From: Pseudomonadota bacterium
GTDB taxonomy: Bacteria; Pseudomonadota; Gammaproteobacteria; JAKAQQ01
Assembly (NCBI GenBank): GCA_027338645.1
Contig: DAHWSH010000002.1
Location: 24,510 to 88,509, forward strand
Direction: 5' to 3'
DNA length: 64,000 nt
The translations under genes were made by a program, and so were the position numbers. Numbering within the stretch: position 1 is the first letter of the stretch; each line of letters opens with the position of its first letter. Below the pieces are notes generated by a model, which saw only the letters and a program-made list of their open reading frames with translations, made no database searches and was not told the origin of the DNA. Below, in pieces: positions 47,918-56,839 of the stretch.

Positions 47918-47994
47918 TGGTAGGCGCGATTGGACTCGAACCAACGACCCCCACCATGTCAAGGTGGTGCTCTAACCAGCTGAGCTACGCGCCT
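47918..47994 (-). tRNA. tRNA-Val (anticodon GAC), 77 nt including encoded CCA
   Basis: The reverse complement reads AGGCGCGTAGCTCAGCTGGTTAGAGCACCACCTTGACATGGTGGGGGTCGTTGGTTCGAGTCCAATCGCGCCTACCA. Its core is nearly identical to E. coli tRNA-Val(GAC). Confidence 0.9.
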
Positions 47995-48011
47995 TCCGAT
48001 TCAGGGTGGTG

Positions 48012-48041
48012 AAAATACCACGGAGAGCCTGATCCTGACAA
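48012..48041 (-). promoter_or_regulatory. sigma-70-type promoter candidate for tRNA-Val
   Basis: The minus strand reads TTGTCA (48041-48036), an 18-nt spacer, then TATTTT (48017-48012), about 18 nt upstream of the mature 5' end. Confidence 0.4.
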
Positions 48042-48078
48042 GCCTTTACCCTTCTTTACTACACCTCCTCCACTCCCT

Positions 48079-50100
48079 TCACGGGTTGGCCTGTTTCAGG
48101 AAATGTTCCTTGAGCCGTATGACCTGATCGCGGATTTCCGCCGCTTTTTCAAACTCCAGTTGTCGCGCCTGCTCCCGCATTTCCTTCTCCAGTTTCCGGA
48201 TCTCCCGTGCCAGGTCATCCGGGCTCGGCGGGCCACCCGGTTCGTTCCCCGTCCCACCCCATCGTCGGCCGCGACGTCCTGACGAACCGGCTGTGGACCC
48301 ACCCACTTCCTCCAGTGCATCCACAATCCCTTTCCGGATCCCCCTGGGTGTGATCTGGTTCTTCTGGTTGAACTCGAGCTGCCGCTGCCTCCTGCGTTCG
48401 GTTTCCTGAATGGCACGGGCCATCGAGGGCGTGGTCCGCTCGGCATAAAGAATGGCTCTCCCCGCCAGGTTACGGGATGCACGGCCGATGGTCTGGATCA
48501 ATGCGCCTTCCGAACGAAGGAAACCTTCCTTGTCTGCGTCGAGAATCGCGACCAAGGACACCTCGGGCAGGTCAAGTCCCTCTCGCAGCAGGTTGATTCC
48601 GACCAGAACGTCAAAGGTGCCCTTGCGCAACTCCCGGATCAGTTCCGAGCGTTCGAGGGTATCAATGTCGGAATGCAGATACCGGACCCGAACTCCGTTT
48701 TCCTGAAGATACTCGGTCAAATCCTCGGCCATCCGCTTGGTCAGCGTGGTCACGAGCACGCGTTCTTCACGATGGGCACATTGCCGAATCTCGGACAAAA
48801 GGTCATCGATCTGGCTGAGCGCCGATCGGACTTCGACCGCGGGATCCACCAGTCCTGTGGGCCGGACCAGCTGCTCGACGACCCGATCGGCGTGCCGAAT
48901 CTCATAAGGACCAGGAGTTGCGGAGACATAGACCGTCTGCAGGGCGCGCGCCTCAAACTCCTCGAACCGCAGGGGCCGGTTATCCAAGGCGGAGGGCAGG
49001 CGGAACCCGTATTCAACAAGCGTCGACTTTCGGGAAAAGTCCCCGCGGTACATACCGACCAGTTGCGGAATGGTGATATGGCTTTCATCGATCACCAAAA
49101 GCGCCTGGGATGGCAGATAGTCGAAAAGTGTGGGAGGCGGCTCCCCAGGACCCCGCCCGGACAAATGGCGCGAATAATTTTCAATCCCGGTGCAATAGCC
49201 GAGTTCCTGGATCATTTCCAGGTCAAAGCGCGTACGCTGTTCCAGCCGTTCGGCCTCAAGCAGCCGACCCTGTTCCCGAAGCCCATGCAGGCGCTCGTCA
49301 AGCTCGGCCCGGATCCGCGTCAAGGCCTCGAGGATTCGGTCCCGAGGCGTGACGTAATGGCTGCCCGGGTAGACCGTATAGCGAGGCAGACGGAGGCGGT
49401 TTTTGCCCGTCAGGGGGTCGAACAGACTGAGCGACGCCACTTCGTCATCCGAGAGCTCGACCCTCAGGGCATCCCGTTCCGATTCCTTGGGATAGATGTC
49501 GATCAGTTCACCCCGAACTCGAAACGAGCCCGGCAGCAGCTCATAGTCGTTGCGCCGGTACTGCATGTCCGCCAGATGGATCAGGATCTGACGCTGGGTC
49601 ACGCGCTCCCCAACGTCCAAGTGCAGCACCATGCGGTGATAGGATTCCGGGTCGCCAAGCCCGTAAATCGCCGAGACGGTCGCCACAATCAGCGTATCAG
49701 GCCGCTCGAGCAAGGCTTTGGTGGCAGACAGTCGCATCTGCTCGATGTGATCATTGATCGTGGCATCCTTCTCGATATAGGTATCGGACTGTGGGACGTA
49801 GGCCTCCGGCTGGTAGTAATCGTAGTAAGAAACGAAATACTCAACGGCGTTCTCGGGGAAATATCCCTTGAATTCCCCATACAGTTGGGCTGCGAGCGTC
49901 TTGTTGGGCGCAAGGACCAAGGTGGTCCGCTGGACGTTCTGGACGAGATTGGCGATGGTAAAGGTTTTGCCTGACCCCGTGACCCCGAGAAGCACCTGTC
50001 GAGCCAGGCCATCTTCCAAGCCGCAAGTCAAGGCGGCAATCGCCTGGGGCTGATCCCCGGCCGGTGCATACCCCGCAACCAGTTGAAATCGGTCTTTCAT
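48079..50100 (-). CDS. uvrB: excinuclease ABC subunit B
   Basis: [14 protein letters not shown] Walker A, DESH box ([11 protein letters not shown]), helicase motifs, and the C-terminal UVR domain ([13 protein letters not shown]). Confidence 0.97.
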   Translation of the reverse strand: MKDRFQLVAGYAPAGDQPQAIAALTCGLEDGLARQVLLGVTGSGKTFTIANLVQNVQRTTLVLAPNKTLAAQLYGEFKGYFPENAVEYFVSYYDYYQPEAYVPQSDTYIEKDATINDHIEQMRLSATKALLERPDTLIVATVSAIYGLGDPESYHRMVLHLDVGERVTQRQILIHLADMQYRRNDYELLPGSFRVRGELIDIYPKESERDALRVELSDDEVASLSLFDPLTGKNRLRLPRYTVYPGSHYVTPRDRILEALTRIRAELDERLHGLREQGRLLEAERLEQRTRFDLEMIQELGYCTGIENYSRHLSGRGPGEPPPTLFDYLPSQALLVIDESHITIPQLVGMYRGDFSRKSTLVEYGFRLPSALDNRPLRFEEFEARALQTVYVSATPGPYEIRHADRVVEQLVRPTGLVDPAVEVRSALSQIDDLLSEIRQCAHREERVLVTTLTKRMAEDLTEYLQENGVRVRYLHSDIDTLERSELIRELRKGTFDVLVGINLLREGLDLPEVSLVAILDADKEGFLRSEGALIQTIGRASRNLAGRAILYAERTTPSMARAIQETERRRQRQLEFNQKNQITPRGIRKGIVDALEEVGGSTAGSSGRRGRRWGGTGNEPGGPPSPDDLAREIRKLEKEMREQARQLEFEKAAEIRDQVIRLKEHFLKQANP

Positions 50101-50156
50101 GACGTTCCCACCCGTTTGCGCCTATGATAACGGGCATTGCCTCCTGCCTCTGACCC

Positions 50157-51347
50157 ATGACTGCATCCGTTGCCATCGCCAAAAGGCTTGAAGGAATTCA
50201 GCCCTCGCCCACTCTGGCCATCGCCTCGCTCGCTGCAAGCCTCCAGCAGGCCGGCCGATCCATTTTGAACCTGTCCGTCGGCGAACCCGATTTTGACACG
50301 CCGGCATTCGTCCGGAAAGCCGCTTGGGAAGCCATGGAACGGGGGCTCACCCGTTACACCTCGAGCGCTGGAACCGTCTCACTACGGGAGGCCATCCAGA
50401 CCAAATTCAGGACGGACAACGGGCTCGATTATCCGGTCACTTCAATCGTGGTGACCCCAGGTGCCAAGTTTGCCCTGTACGCCCTGGCCCAATGTCTGCT
50501 CAACCCCGGGGACCGGGCCGTCATTCTGGCCCCGTATTGGGTTTCCTACCCGGACATCATCCGGCTGAGCGGAGCCGAGTGCCACGTTCTCGAAACCGAT
50601 GCCCGGAACCGCTACACGATCGATCGGGATGCCCTGGATGCCTCACTCCAACCCCCAACCCGCCTCCTGATTCTGAACAGCCCAGGCAACCCCACCGGCA
50701 TTCACTATCCCCGATCCCAGCTTGAGGCCATCGGTTCCATTGTTCGGGCTCATCCCCAGGTTCTCGTTGCTTCCGATGATTTATATGAAAAAATTCTCTG
50801 GCAGGGACTCCCCTTCCTGAATCTCGCCATGGTCTGCCCGGATCTCGCCGATCGTTGTGTCGTCATCAACGGCGTGTCGAAGTCACATGCCATGACCGGC
50901 TGGAGGATCGGGTACGCGGCCGGCCCGCCAACTCTCATCCGAAGCATGGCGGATTTCCAGTCGAATACCGTCTCCAACCCCAATTCCATCGCGCAGGTCG
51001 CAGCGGAAGCCGCTTTGCGCGGTAGTTCGGCCGACGTGGAACTCATGGTGAAAACCTACCAAGCAAGACATGATTTTCTTGTCCCCGAACTGAATCAAAT
51101 CGACGGGATCCGGGTCCAGCCGGCAGACGGGACCTTCTATGCTTTCGCGGATTGCCGCACCTACCTCGAACGAAACCCCGAAATCGATGGAGATGTGGGA
51201 CTGACCCGTGCACTACTCGAGCAGACAGGAGTGGCCGTGGTTCCCGGATCCGCATTCGGTGCACCCGGCCATCTCCGCCTCTCCTATGCGACCGATGAAA
51301 AAATCCTGAAAACGGCCGTGACCCGTCTTCAGGAATATTTTGACTAA
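50157..51347 (+). CDS. pyridoxal-phosphate-dependent aminotransferase (class I, AspC/AspB-like)
   Basis: LSVGEPDFDTP, the PLP lysine context NGVSKSHAMTGWRIGY, and the C-terminal LRLSYA. Confidence 0.85.
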   Translation: MTASVAIAKRLEGIQPSPTLAIASLAASLQQAGRSILNLSVGEPDFDTPAFVRKAAWEAMERGLTRYTSSAGTVSLREAIQTKFRTDNGLDYPVTSIVVTPGAKFALYALAQCLLNPGDRAVILAPYWVSYPDIIRLSGAECHVLETDARNRYTIDRDALDASLQPPTRLLILNSPGNPTGIHYPRSQLEAIGSIVRAHPQVLVASDDLYEKILWQGLPFLNLAMVCPDLADRCVVINGVSKSHAMTGWRIGYAAGPPTLIRSMADFQSNTVSNPNSIAQVAAEAALRGSSADVELMVKTYQARHDFLVPELNQIDGIRVQPADGTFYAFADCRTYLERNPEIDGDVGLTRALLEQTGVAVVPGSAFGAPGHLRLSYATDEKILKTAVTRLQEYFD

Positions 51348-51449
51348 GAAGCGGATTGCTTGCCCATCCGACGACGTCCGAACGGCAGCTCGCCTGACCT
51401 TCCACGGGGACCGGGTGCCCGTGGCGTCCCCCTCCGAGAGTGAAGACGG

Positions 51450-52265
51450 ATGTGGATTGATATTGGAGCAAACCTTACCCATTCGCGCTTCAACCCGGAC
51501 CGGGATGCGGTCATTGCGCGGGCCTTTGATGCAGGGGTCGAACGGATGATCCTGACCTCGAGCAGTGGACCCACCGTGCTCGCGGGCGAACAGTTGCGGC
51601 AACGCTACCCTGATCACTTCTGGATCACCTCAGGGATCCACCCCCATGAAGCCGGGCAGGTTCGTGACGAGGACTGGGAGACCGTCTCGACTTTTGCCAA
51701 ACATCCGGGAGTTGTGGCCATCGGTGAATGTGGGCTGGACTACTTCCGGAACCTGGCTGAGCCTGTTGAGCAGCGGCGCATTTTCGAAAAGCAGGTGGAT
51801 CTCGCCATCCGGGTCGGCAAACCCCTCTTTCTGCACGGTCGTGACGCCCACCCGGACATGCGGGCCATACTGGAAAATGCCGGTTCCGACCTCCCGAAAG
51901 CCGTCATCCACTGCTTTACCGGAAGCGCTTCGGAACTTGACGACTACCTCTCGATGGGTCTTTGGATCGGACTGACCGGCTGGGTCTGCGACGAACGGCG
52001 TGGGCGTCACCTGTTGCCCTTGCTGCACCGCATCCCGGAAAACCGCCTCCTGATCGAAACCGACGCCCCCTACCTCCTTCCACGGACCCTGCCCCACCCT
52101 CCGCGGAATGGGCGAAATGAACCGGCTTTCCTGCCTCATATCGCAACCTTCCTTGCCACGCATCTGAACCGGGATCTGGCCGACTTTTCAACCCGACTGC
52201 GCACCAACTCCTTCGACTTTTTCTGGCCCCGTCCGGACTTTCAGGAGACTTTTCCCCATGAGTGA
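51450..52265 (+). CDS. tatD: TatD family metal-dependent deoxyribonuclease/hydrolase
   Basis: MWIDIGANLTH, GIHPHEA, AIGECGLDYF, LFLHGRDAH, HCFTGS and LIETDAPYLLP motifs. Confidence 0.85.
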   Translation: MWIDIGANLTHSRFNPDRDAVIARAFDAGVERMILTSSSGPTVLAGEQLRQRYPDHFWITSGIHPHEAGQVRDEDWETVSTFAKHPGVVAIGECGLDYFRNLAEPVEQRRIFEKQVDLAIRVGKPLFLHGRDAHPDMRAILENAGSDLPKAVIHCFTGSASELDDYLSMGLWIGLTGWVCDERRGRHLLPLLHRIPENRLLIETDAPYLLPRTLPHPPRNGRNEPAFLPHIATFLATHLNRDLADFSTRLRTNSFDFFWPRPDFQETFPHE

Positions 52266-53682
52266 ACCGACCCCCCCCACTGCCCTCGACAGCTTCTGGC
52301 AGACCTCGATCCTCCCGGTCCTTGAAGACTACATCCGCATTCCCAACCGTTCGCCGGCCTTTGACCCAGACTGGAAGGCCCAGGGTCACATGGATCGGGC
52401 CATTCGCCTAGTCCGGGACTGGTGTCAAACCGAGTTACAGGATCTCGCCACTGTGGAAATCCTCGAGCGGGACGGTGCGACCCCGCTGCTCTGGGTTGAA
52501 ACCCAAGCCCATCCGACCCTGGTCGACCGACCCCCCGTGCTCCTTTATGGCCATCTGGACAAACAGCCCGAGTTCGAGGGCTGGCGACCCGGACTCGGAC
52601 CGTGGACACCGGTCCTGCAAGGGGAACGGCTTTATGGCCGGGGCGGTGCGGATGACGGGTATGCCATTTTCACGATCGTCGCCGCCCTGCGCCAGCTTCA
52701 GGCCGGAGGTGTGCCCCGTCCACGTCTCCTGACCCTGATCGAATGTTCCGAGGAAAGCGGGAGTCCGGACCTCGCTGCCTACCTGGACGGTCTTTCGGAC
52801 CGGCTGGGCGTGCCGGGCCTGATCGTCTGCCTGGACGCTGAATGCGGCAACTACGAGCAGCTCTGGTACACCACATCTCTGCGGGGCAACCTCATCGCAG
52901 AACTCCATGCGGAGACCTTGACGCAGGGCGTCCATTCCGGTACGGCAGGGGGCATTGTCCCCTCGAGTTTTCAGGTTCTGCGTAATCTCCTGGATCGCAT
53001 CGAGGATTCACGGAATGGGCGGATCCGGCTGGAGGCGTTTCACGTCACGATCCCCTCCGATCGTGAGGCCGAGATCCGGCAGGCTGCCCGGACGCTCAAG
53101 CACCTCGTCTGGGAACGGTTCCCGTTTGCGGGGACGACCTGTGCCCGCTCGACGGATCCGGAAGAAGCCCTGCTTGAGAATACCTGGGCTCCGGCACTGG
53201 AAATCACGGGCGCCGAGGGATTGCCCTCGATCCGGATCGGTGGCAATGTCTTGCGCCCGTATACCACGCTCAAACTTTCCTTCCGCCTGCCTCCCACCCT
53301 CGAGGTTTCAAGAGCCGTCTTTGCGCTGGAAGAGGCGATGGCGGCACCGGCTCCGTTCCAGGCTCCCCTGAAGTTAAACGTCATCTCGGCCATGCCCGGT
53401 TGGAATGCTCCCGCTACAGCCCCCTGGCTCAAAAAGTCACTGGAGAGCAGTTCGAGGCGTCACTTCGGCCAGACGGCTCTCGCGATGGGCACTGGCGGAT
53501 CCATTCCATTCATGAAAATGCTGGCCGACCGCTACCCGCAAGCCCAGTACTTCGTGACCGGGGTACTCGGTCCGGAATCCAACGCCCATGGCCCGAACGA
53601 GTTTCTCCACTTACCGACCGCGATCCGACTGACAGCCTGTCTCCAGGAACTCCTCATGGCGTACGCGGGCGGCTCCCGGTAA
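52258..53682 (+). CDS. M20 family metallopeptidase (dipeptidase-like)
   Basis: LLYGHLDKQP, GRGGADDGY and ECSEESGS metal-ligand motifs typical of the M20/M25/M40 fold. It overlaps the tatD stop by 8 nt. Confidence 0.8.
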   Translation: MSEPTPPTALDSFWQTSILPVLEDYIRIPNRSPAFDPDWKAQGHMDRAIRLVRDWCQTELQDLATVEILERDGATPLLWVETQAHPTLVDRPPVLLYGHLDKQPEFEGWRPGLGPWTPVLQGERLYGRGGADDGYAIFTIVAALRQLQAGGVPRPRLLTLIECSEESGSPDLAAYLDGLSDRLGVPGLIVCLDAECGNYEQLWYTTSLRGNLIAELHAETLTQGVHSGTAGGIVPSSFQVLRNLLDRIEDSRNGRIRLEAFHVTIPSDREAEIRQAARTLKHLVWERFPFAGTTCARSTDPEEALLENTWAPALEITGAEGLPSIRIGGNVLRPYTTLKLSFRLPPTLEVSRAVFALEEAMAAPAPFQAPLKLNVISAMPGWNAPATAPWLKKSLESSSRRHFGQTALAMGTGGSIPFMKMLADRYPQAQYFVTGVLGPESNAHGPNEFLHLPTAIRLTACLQELLMAYAGGSR

Positions 53683-54253
53683 GGCCGAAGACTCCGGGTG
53701 TCTCGAGTCGGCGCCAGGCCTCCTGCCAGGATTCGGGTGGGTCACCGGACAGGCTGATCTCACGGCCCATGGATTCGAGATACTCGGTCAGCTCGTGCAC
53801 ACCGTCCTCCTTTCCCTTGGGAAAATCGCAGTCACCCCAAAAGACGTAGTCCACCTGGATGGGGATTCGCGTCACCAACTGTTCCTGGAGCGCCAAAATC
53901 CGCAAGGGACCGGTCAGAAGTGGGTTGGGAAAGGTCCACCGTCCCGAACGGCCCAGAACCGTCCATTCATTCATGTTGGCGGAACCAAAAATCGCTCCCT
54001 CGATCCTGAACATCTGGACGGCATGCAGCATCTGCCCGGTCAGGACGAGTCCATCGACATGGATGGTTGAGCCGAGACCATCCGGCAACAGGAGGTTCGT
54101 TCTAATCCAGGGGGTCAATGGACGCAGGGCCTGGACCAGTTTGGGAGTCCGGTGACGACGCCAGAGAAAACGGGCACCAAAAGCGAGCAGCCCGACTGCC
54201 AAGAGGAGCCCCACGAGGGCAACTCCGGGCCAGAGTGGGAAAAAACCATACAT
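53654..54253 (-). CDS. membrane-anchored NERD (nuclease-related domain)-like protein
   Basis: An N-terminal TM helix, then LLPDGLGSTIHVDGLVLTGQMLHAVQMFRIEGAIFG...WTFPNPLL, which resembles the NERD pattern (IDHLVI..GIFVIE.K...G.I.G....W....F.NP..Q). This is a motif-level call only. Confidence 0.5.
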   Translation of the reverse strand: MYGFFPLWPGVALVGLLLAVGLLAFGARFLWRRHRTPKLVQALRPLTPWIRTNLLLPDGLGSTIHVDGLVLTGQMLHAVQMFRIEGAIFGSANMNEWTVLGRSGRWTFPNPLLTGPLRILALQEQLVTRIPIQVDYVFWGDCDFPKGKEDGVHELTEYLESMGREISLSGDPPESWQEAWRRLETPGVFGLTGSRPRTP

Positions 54254-54342
54254 GAATCGGCAGCAACAGCGGTCGGGACGCGTTAGTATTACCCAAACCC
54301 CGCTGCGGTGCCGGAAAGGGCCCCCGGCTCAAAAGCAGACCC

Positions 54343-54705
54343 TCAGATCGAAAGGTGTCCTCTCAGGATATCCCAGAACATCCGCCAGTCACCCAACAGG
54401 CTCCAGAGCGGATAGCGGAAGGTCGCGGGTCGGTTTTTCTGGAAGAAAAAATGGCCAACCCACGCGAAACCGTACCCCAGTACCGGCGCCAGGAGTAACC
54501 ACCACCCATCGCGGCTGACAATTGCCAAGACCCCATCACACAGAACAAGGGCACTACCGGCAAAATGCAGCCGACGGCAGTTGAGATCCGAGTGTTCGAC
54601 GAGATAAAACCGGTAAAAATCCGGAAAAGTCTCGAATGGAGGCTCCATGTTGCTCCCCATTTCAGCGTAAGGCCCGACCTCTCCGAGGATACGCTTTTTC
54701 TCCAT
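54343..54705 (-). CDS. DUF962/Mpo1-like small membrane protein
   Basis: FPDFYRFYLVEH....NCRRLHFAG...GHFFFQKNRPATFRYPLWSLLGDWRMF matches the YGL010w/DUF962 pattern as I remember it. The start is uncertain. Confidence 0.6.
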   Translation of the reverse strand: MEKKRILGEVGPYAEMGSNMEPPFETFPDFYRFYLVEHSDLNCRRLHFAGSALVLCDGVLAIVSRDGWWLLLAPVLGYGFAWVGHFFFQKNRPATFRYPLWSLLGDWRMFWDILRGHLSI

Positions 54706-54852
54706 GGACGGTAGCCGCGGCGGTCATGCGGTCCCACCAAAAACACGATCCTCCGGCTTCACGAGGTGGCGGAAGACCAGTTCCACTCGAAAACCGCCCT
54801 GAGATTCACGGGTTCCCTCTCCTCGCGGACTGGCGCATTGCCGGTCTTCGTT

Positions 54853-56190
54853 TCATCCGTCCTGCCCTTTCTTGGATTGCACCCGGCCACGTCGTTTCTG
54901 CAGGCGCTCGACCAACTTTCGTTCAAACCCCCGTTCCAAGGGTTCGTAAAAAATGGAACCCAGCAAAGGCTCGGGGAGGTAGGTCTGGCCAACCGCATGC
55001 CCTCCTGGTTCGTTCGGATCATAGCGGTAACCTCGCCCATGACCCAATGTTCGGGCGTAGGCCGTAGGGGCATTACGGAGGTGCAAAGGGACCGGCAGGG
55101 ACCCGGTTTCCCGGATCCGGTCTCGCACGGCAGCATCCGCCCGGTAGACCGCATTGCTTTTTTCAGCCGCCGCAAGGTAAACCACGGCCTGGGCCAGTGC
55201 CAGCAAGCCTTCCGGCTCGCCCAGGCGTTCGTAGCTTTCCCAGGCATGGAGGGCGAGTCCCAATGCCGCCGGATCCGCATTGCCGATATCCTCCGAGGCG
55301 GCGCGGACCATCCGCCGTGCCACGACTCGCGGATCCCCTCCCGCATCGGTGAAGCGGGTCAACCAGTACAGCGCGGCATCGGGATCCGAACCGCGGATGC
55401 TCTTGTGCAAGGCCGACAGCAGATCATAAAACCAGTCGCCTTCCCGATCCATGCGGGGGAGAATCCGGCCGATGGCCTGCTCCCAGTCTTTTGCTCCGAC
55501 TTTCACCCGATCGCTCCCAGGAACGGCACTGTACACGAGCGCCTCGAGCCCCTGCAGGAGCTTTCGGGCATCTCCCTCGGCTGATTGAAGCGCACTCTTG
55601 CGCACATCCGGCTCCCACGAAACGGCAAGCCCCAATTTCTCCCGGCAGTAACATTCCGCGCGCTCGAGCAGGATCCCGAGCGTCTCTGGTTCCAGAGGAT
55701 GGAGGGGGAAAACACGGACTCGGGAAAGGAGAGCGCCCGTCAGGGCAAATCCCGGGTTCTCGGTGGTTGCTCCCAGGAGAAACAGCGTTCCATCTTCCAG
55801 GTAGGGCAAGAGAACATCCTGCTGGTTTTTCGAAAAGCGGTGGATCTCGTCGACAAAGAGGAGGGTGGGGAGGGACTCTTCCCGGCGGGCGGACTCAGCC
55901 GCCATCCGGAGTTCGCGAACCCCTGACTCCACGGCCGACAAGGACAAAAAAACCGCCTTCCATCTCGAGGCCAAAAGCCGCGCTAACGTAGTTTTCCCGG
56001 TCCCCGGCGGTCCCCAGAAAACCATCGAACTCGGCCGGTTCGCCCGGGATGACAAGGGTCCTCCGACCCCCCACAGATGCGCCTGGCCCAGGAAATCCTC
56101 GACACGCTGGGGTCGTAACTGCTCCGATAGGGGAAGCACTTCATGGCGCGACACATTCGTCACGCTCTCAGGGGTGGCCAATGACGGCAA
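54853..56190 (-). CDS. rarA: replication-associated recombination protein A (AAA+ ATPase)
   Basis: LSEQLRPQRVEDFLGQAHL, FWGPPGTGKTTLARL, LFVDEIHRFSKNQQD, and the MgsA C-domain (YDLLSALHKSIRGSDPDAALYWL). Confidence 0.95.
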   Translation of the reverse strand: MPSLATPESVTNVSRHEVLPLSEQLRPQRVEDFLGQAHLWGVGGPLSSRANRPSSMVFWGPPGTGKTTLARLLASRWKAVFLSLSAVESGVRELRMAAESARREESLPTLLFVDEIHRFSKNQQDVLLPYLEDGTLFLLGATTENPGFALTGALLSRVRVFPLHPLEPETLGILLERAECYCREKLGLAVSWEPDVRKSALQSAEGDARKLLQGLEALVYSAVPGSDRVKVGAKDWEQAIGRILPRMDREGDWFYDLLSALHKSIRGSDPDAALYWLTRFTDAGGDPRVVARRMVRAASEDIGNADPAALGLALHAWESYERLGEPEGLLALAQAVVYLAAAEKSNAVYRADAAVRDRIRETGSLPVPLHLRNAPTAYARTLGHGRGYRYDPNEPGGHAVGQTYLPEPLLGSIFYEPLERGFERKLVERLQKRRGRVQSKKGQDG

Positions 56191-56839
56191 CCCCTGACGG
56201 GATCTGAAGCCGGAATAACCGCGAACTGATGGGCGCGTTGACCCGGATGTGGGAAAACCGGATTTCGGTCTCCTCTCCCAAGCGATCCCACAGCCTCATG
56301 ACCCGCAGGGTCCTCCCCTGAAAACCGACCTCGATGCGCCGGAAGGTCCCATGAGGGGAGCGGGGAGTAAACCGGTACCACGCAAGGCGGCCGGTCATCC
56401 CGAGCTTGTGGATCACGAAAAGGTGGGACAAAGACCGCCTTCCAGCCAAGAGCATGGCCGGGGTCGAACCCAGATCATGGGAAAGGGGATGAACGGTCAC
56501 CTGTTCGAGCGCGACATCGTACACCCAGAGTGAGTGGCCATTCGAGACAATGGTTTCGGCATTGGGCGTCTTGTAGACCCAGCGAAACCGGTTGGGTCTC
56601 TCGATCCAGACCCGTCCCTGATGATGTCGGTGGGTTTTGAGGGCAGGATCGGAGACGGTTTCTGAAAAATGAGCTGCAAAAGTCTTGATCCGATCGAGCC
56701 GGGCGAGAACGGGCATTCGGGCCTCACCTGCCTGAGCGAGAGCAGGGAGTAGACAGCACAGCCACACGCCGAATGCGATCCCGACCATCCCCAACCCTCG
56801 GACGGCTGGGCGAAATACGGTTTTCCGCTTAATCCTCAT
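56168..56839 (-). CDS. lolA: outer-membrane lipoprotein carrier protein LolA
   Basis: From the ATG at 56839: a signal peptide, then FSETVSDPALK..GRVWIERPNRFRWVYKTPNAETIVSNGHSLWVYDVALEQVTV. The 198 upstream codons of the ORF overlap ftsK out of frame and look non-coding. Confidence 0.85.
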   Translation of the reverse strand: MRIKRKTVFRPAVRGLGMVGIAFGVWLCCLLPALAQAGEARMPVLARLDRIKTFAAHFSETVSDPALKTHRHHQGRVWIERPNRFRWVYKTPNAETIVSNGHSLWVYDVALEQVTVHPLSHDLGSTPAMLLAGRRSLSHLFVIHKLGMTGRLAWYRFTPRSPHGTFRRIEVGFQGRTLRVMRLWDRLGEETEIRFSHIRVNAPISSRLFRLQIPSGVAVIGHP

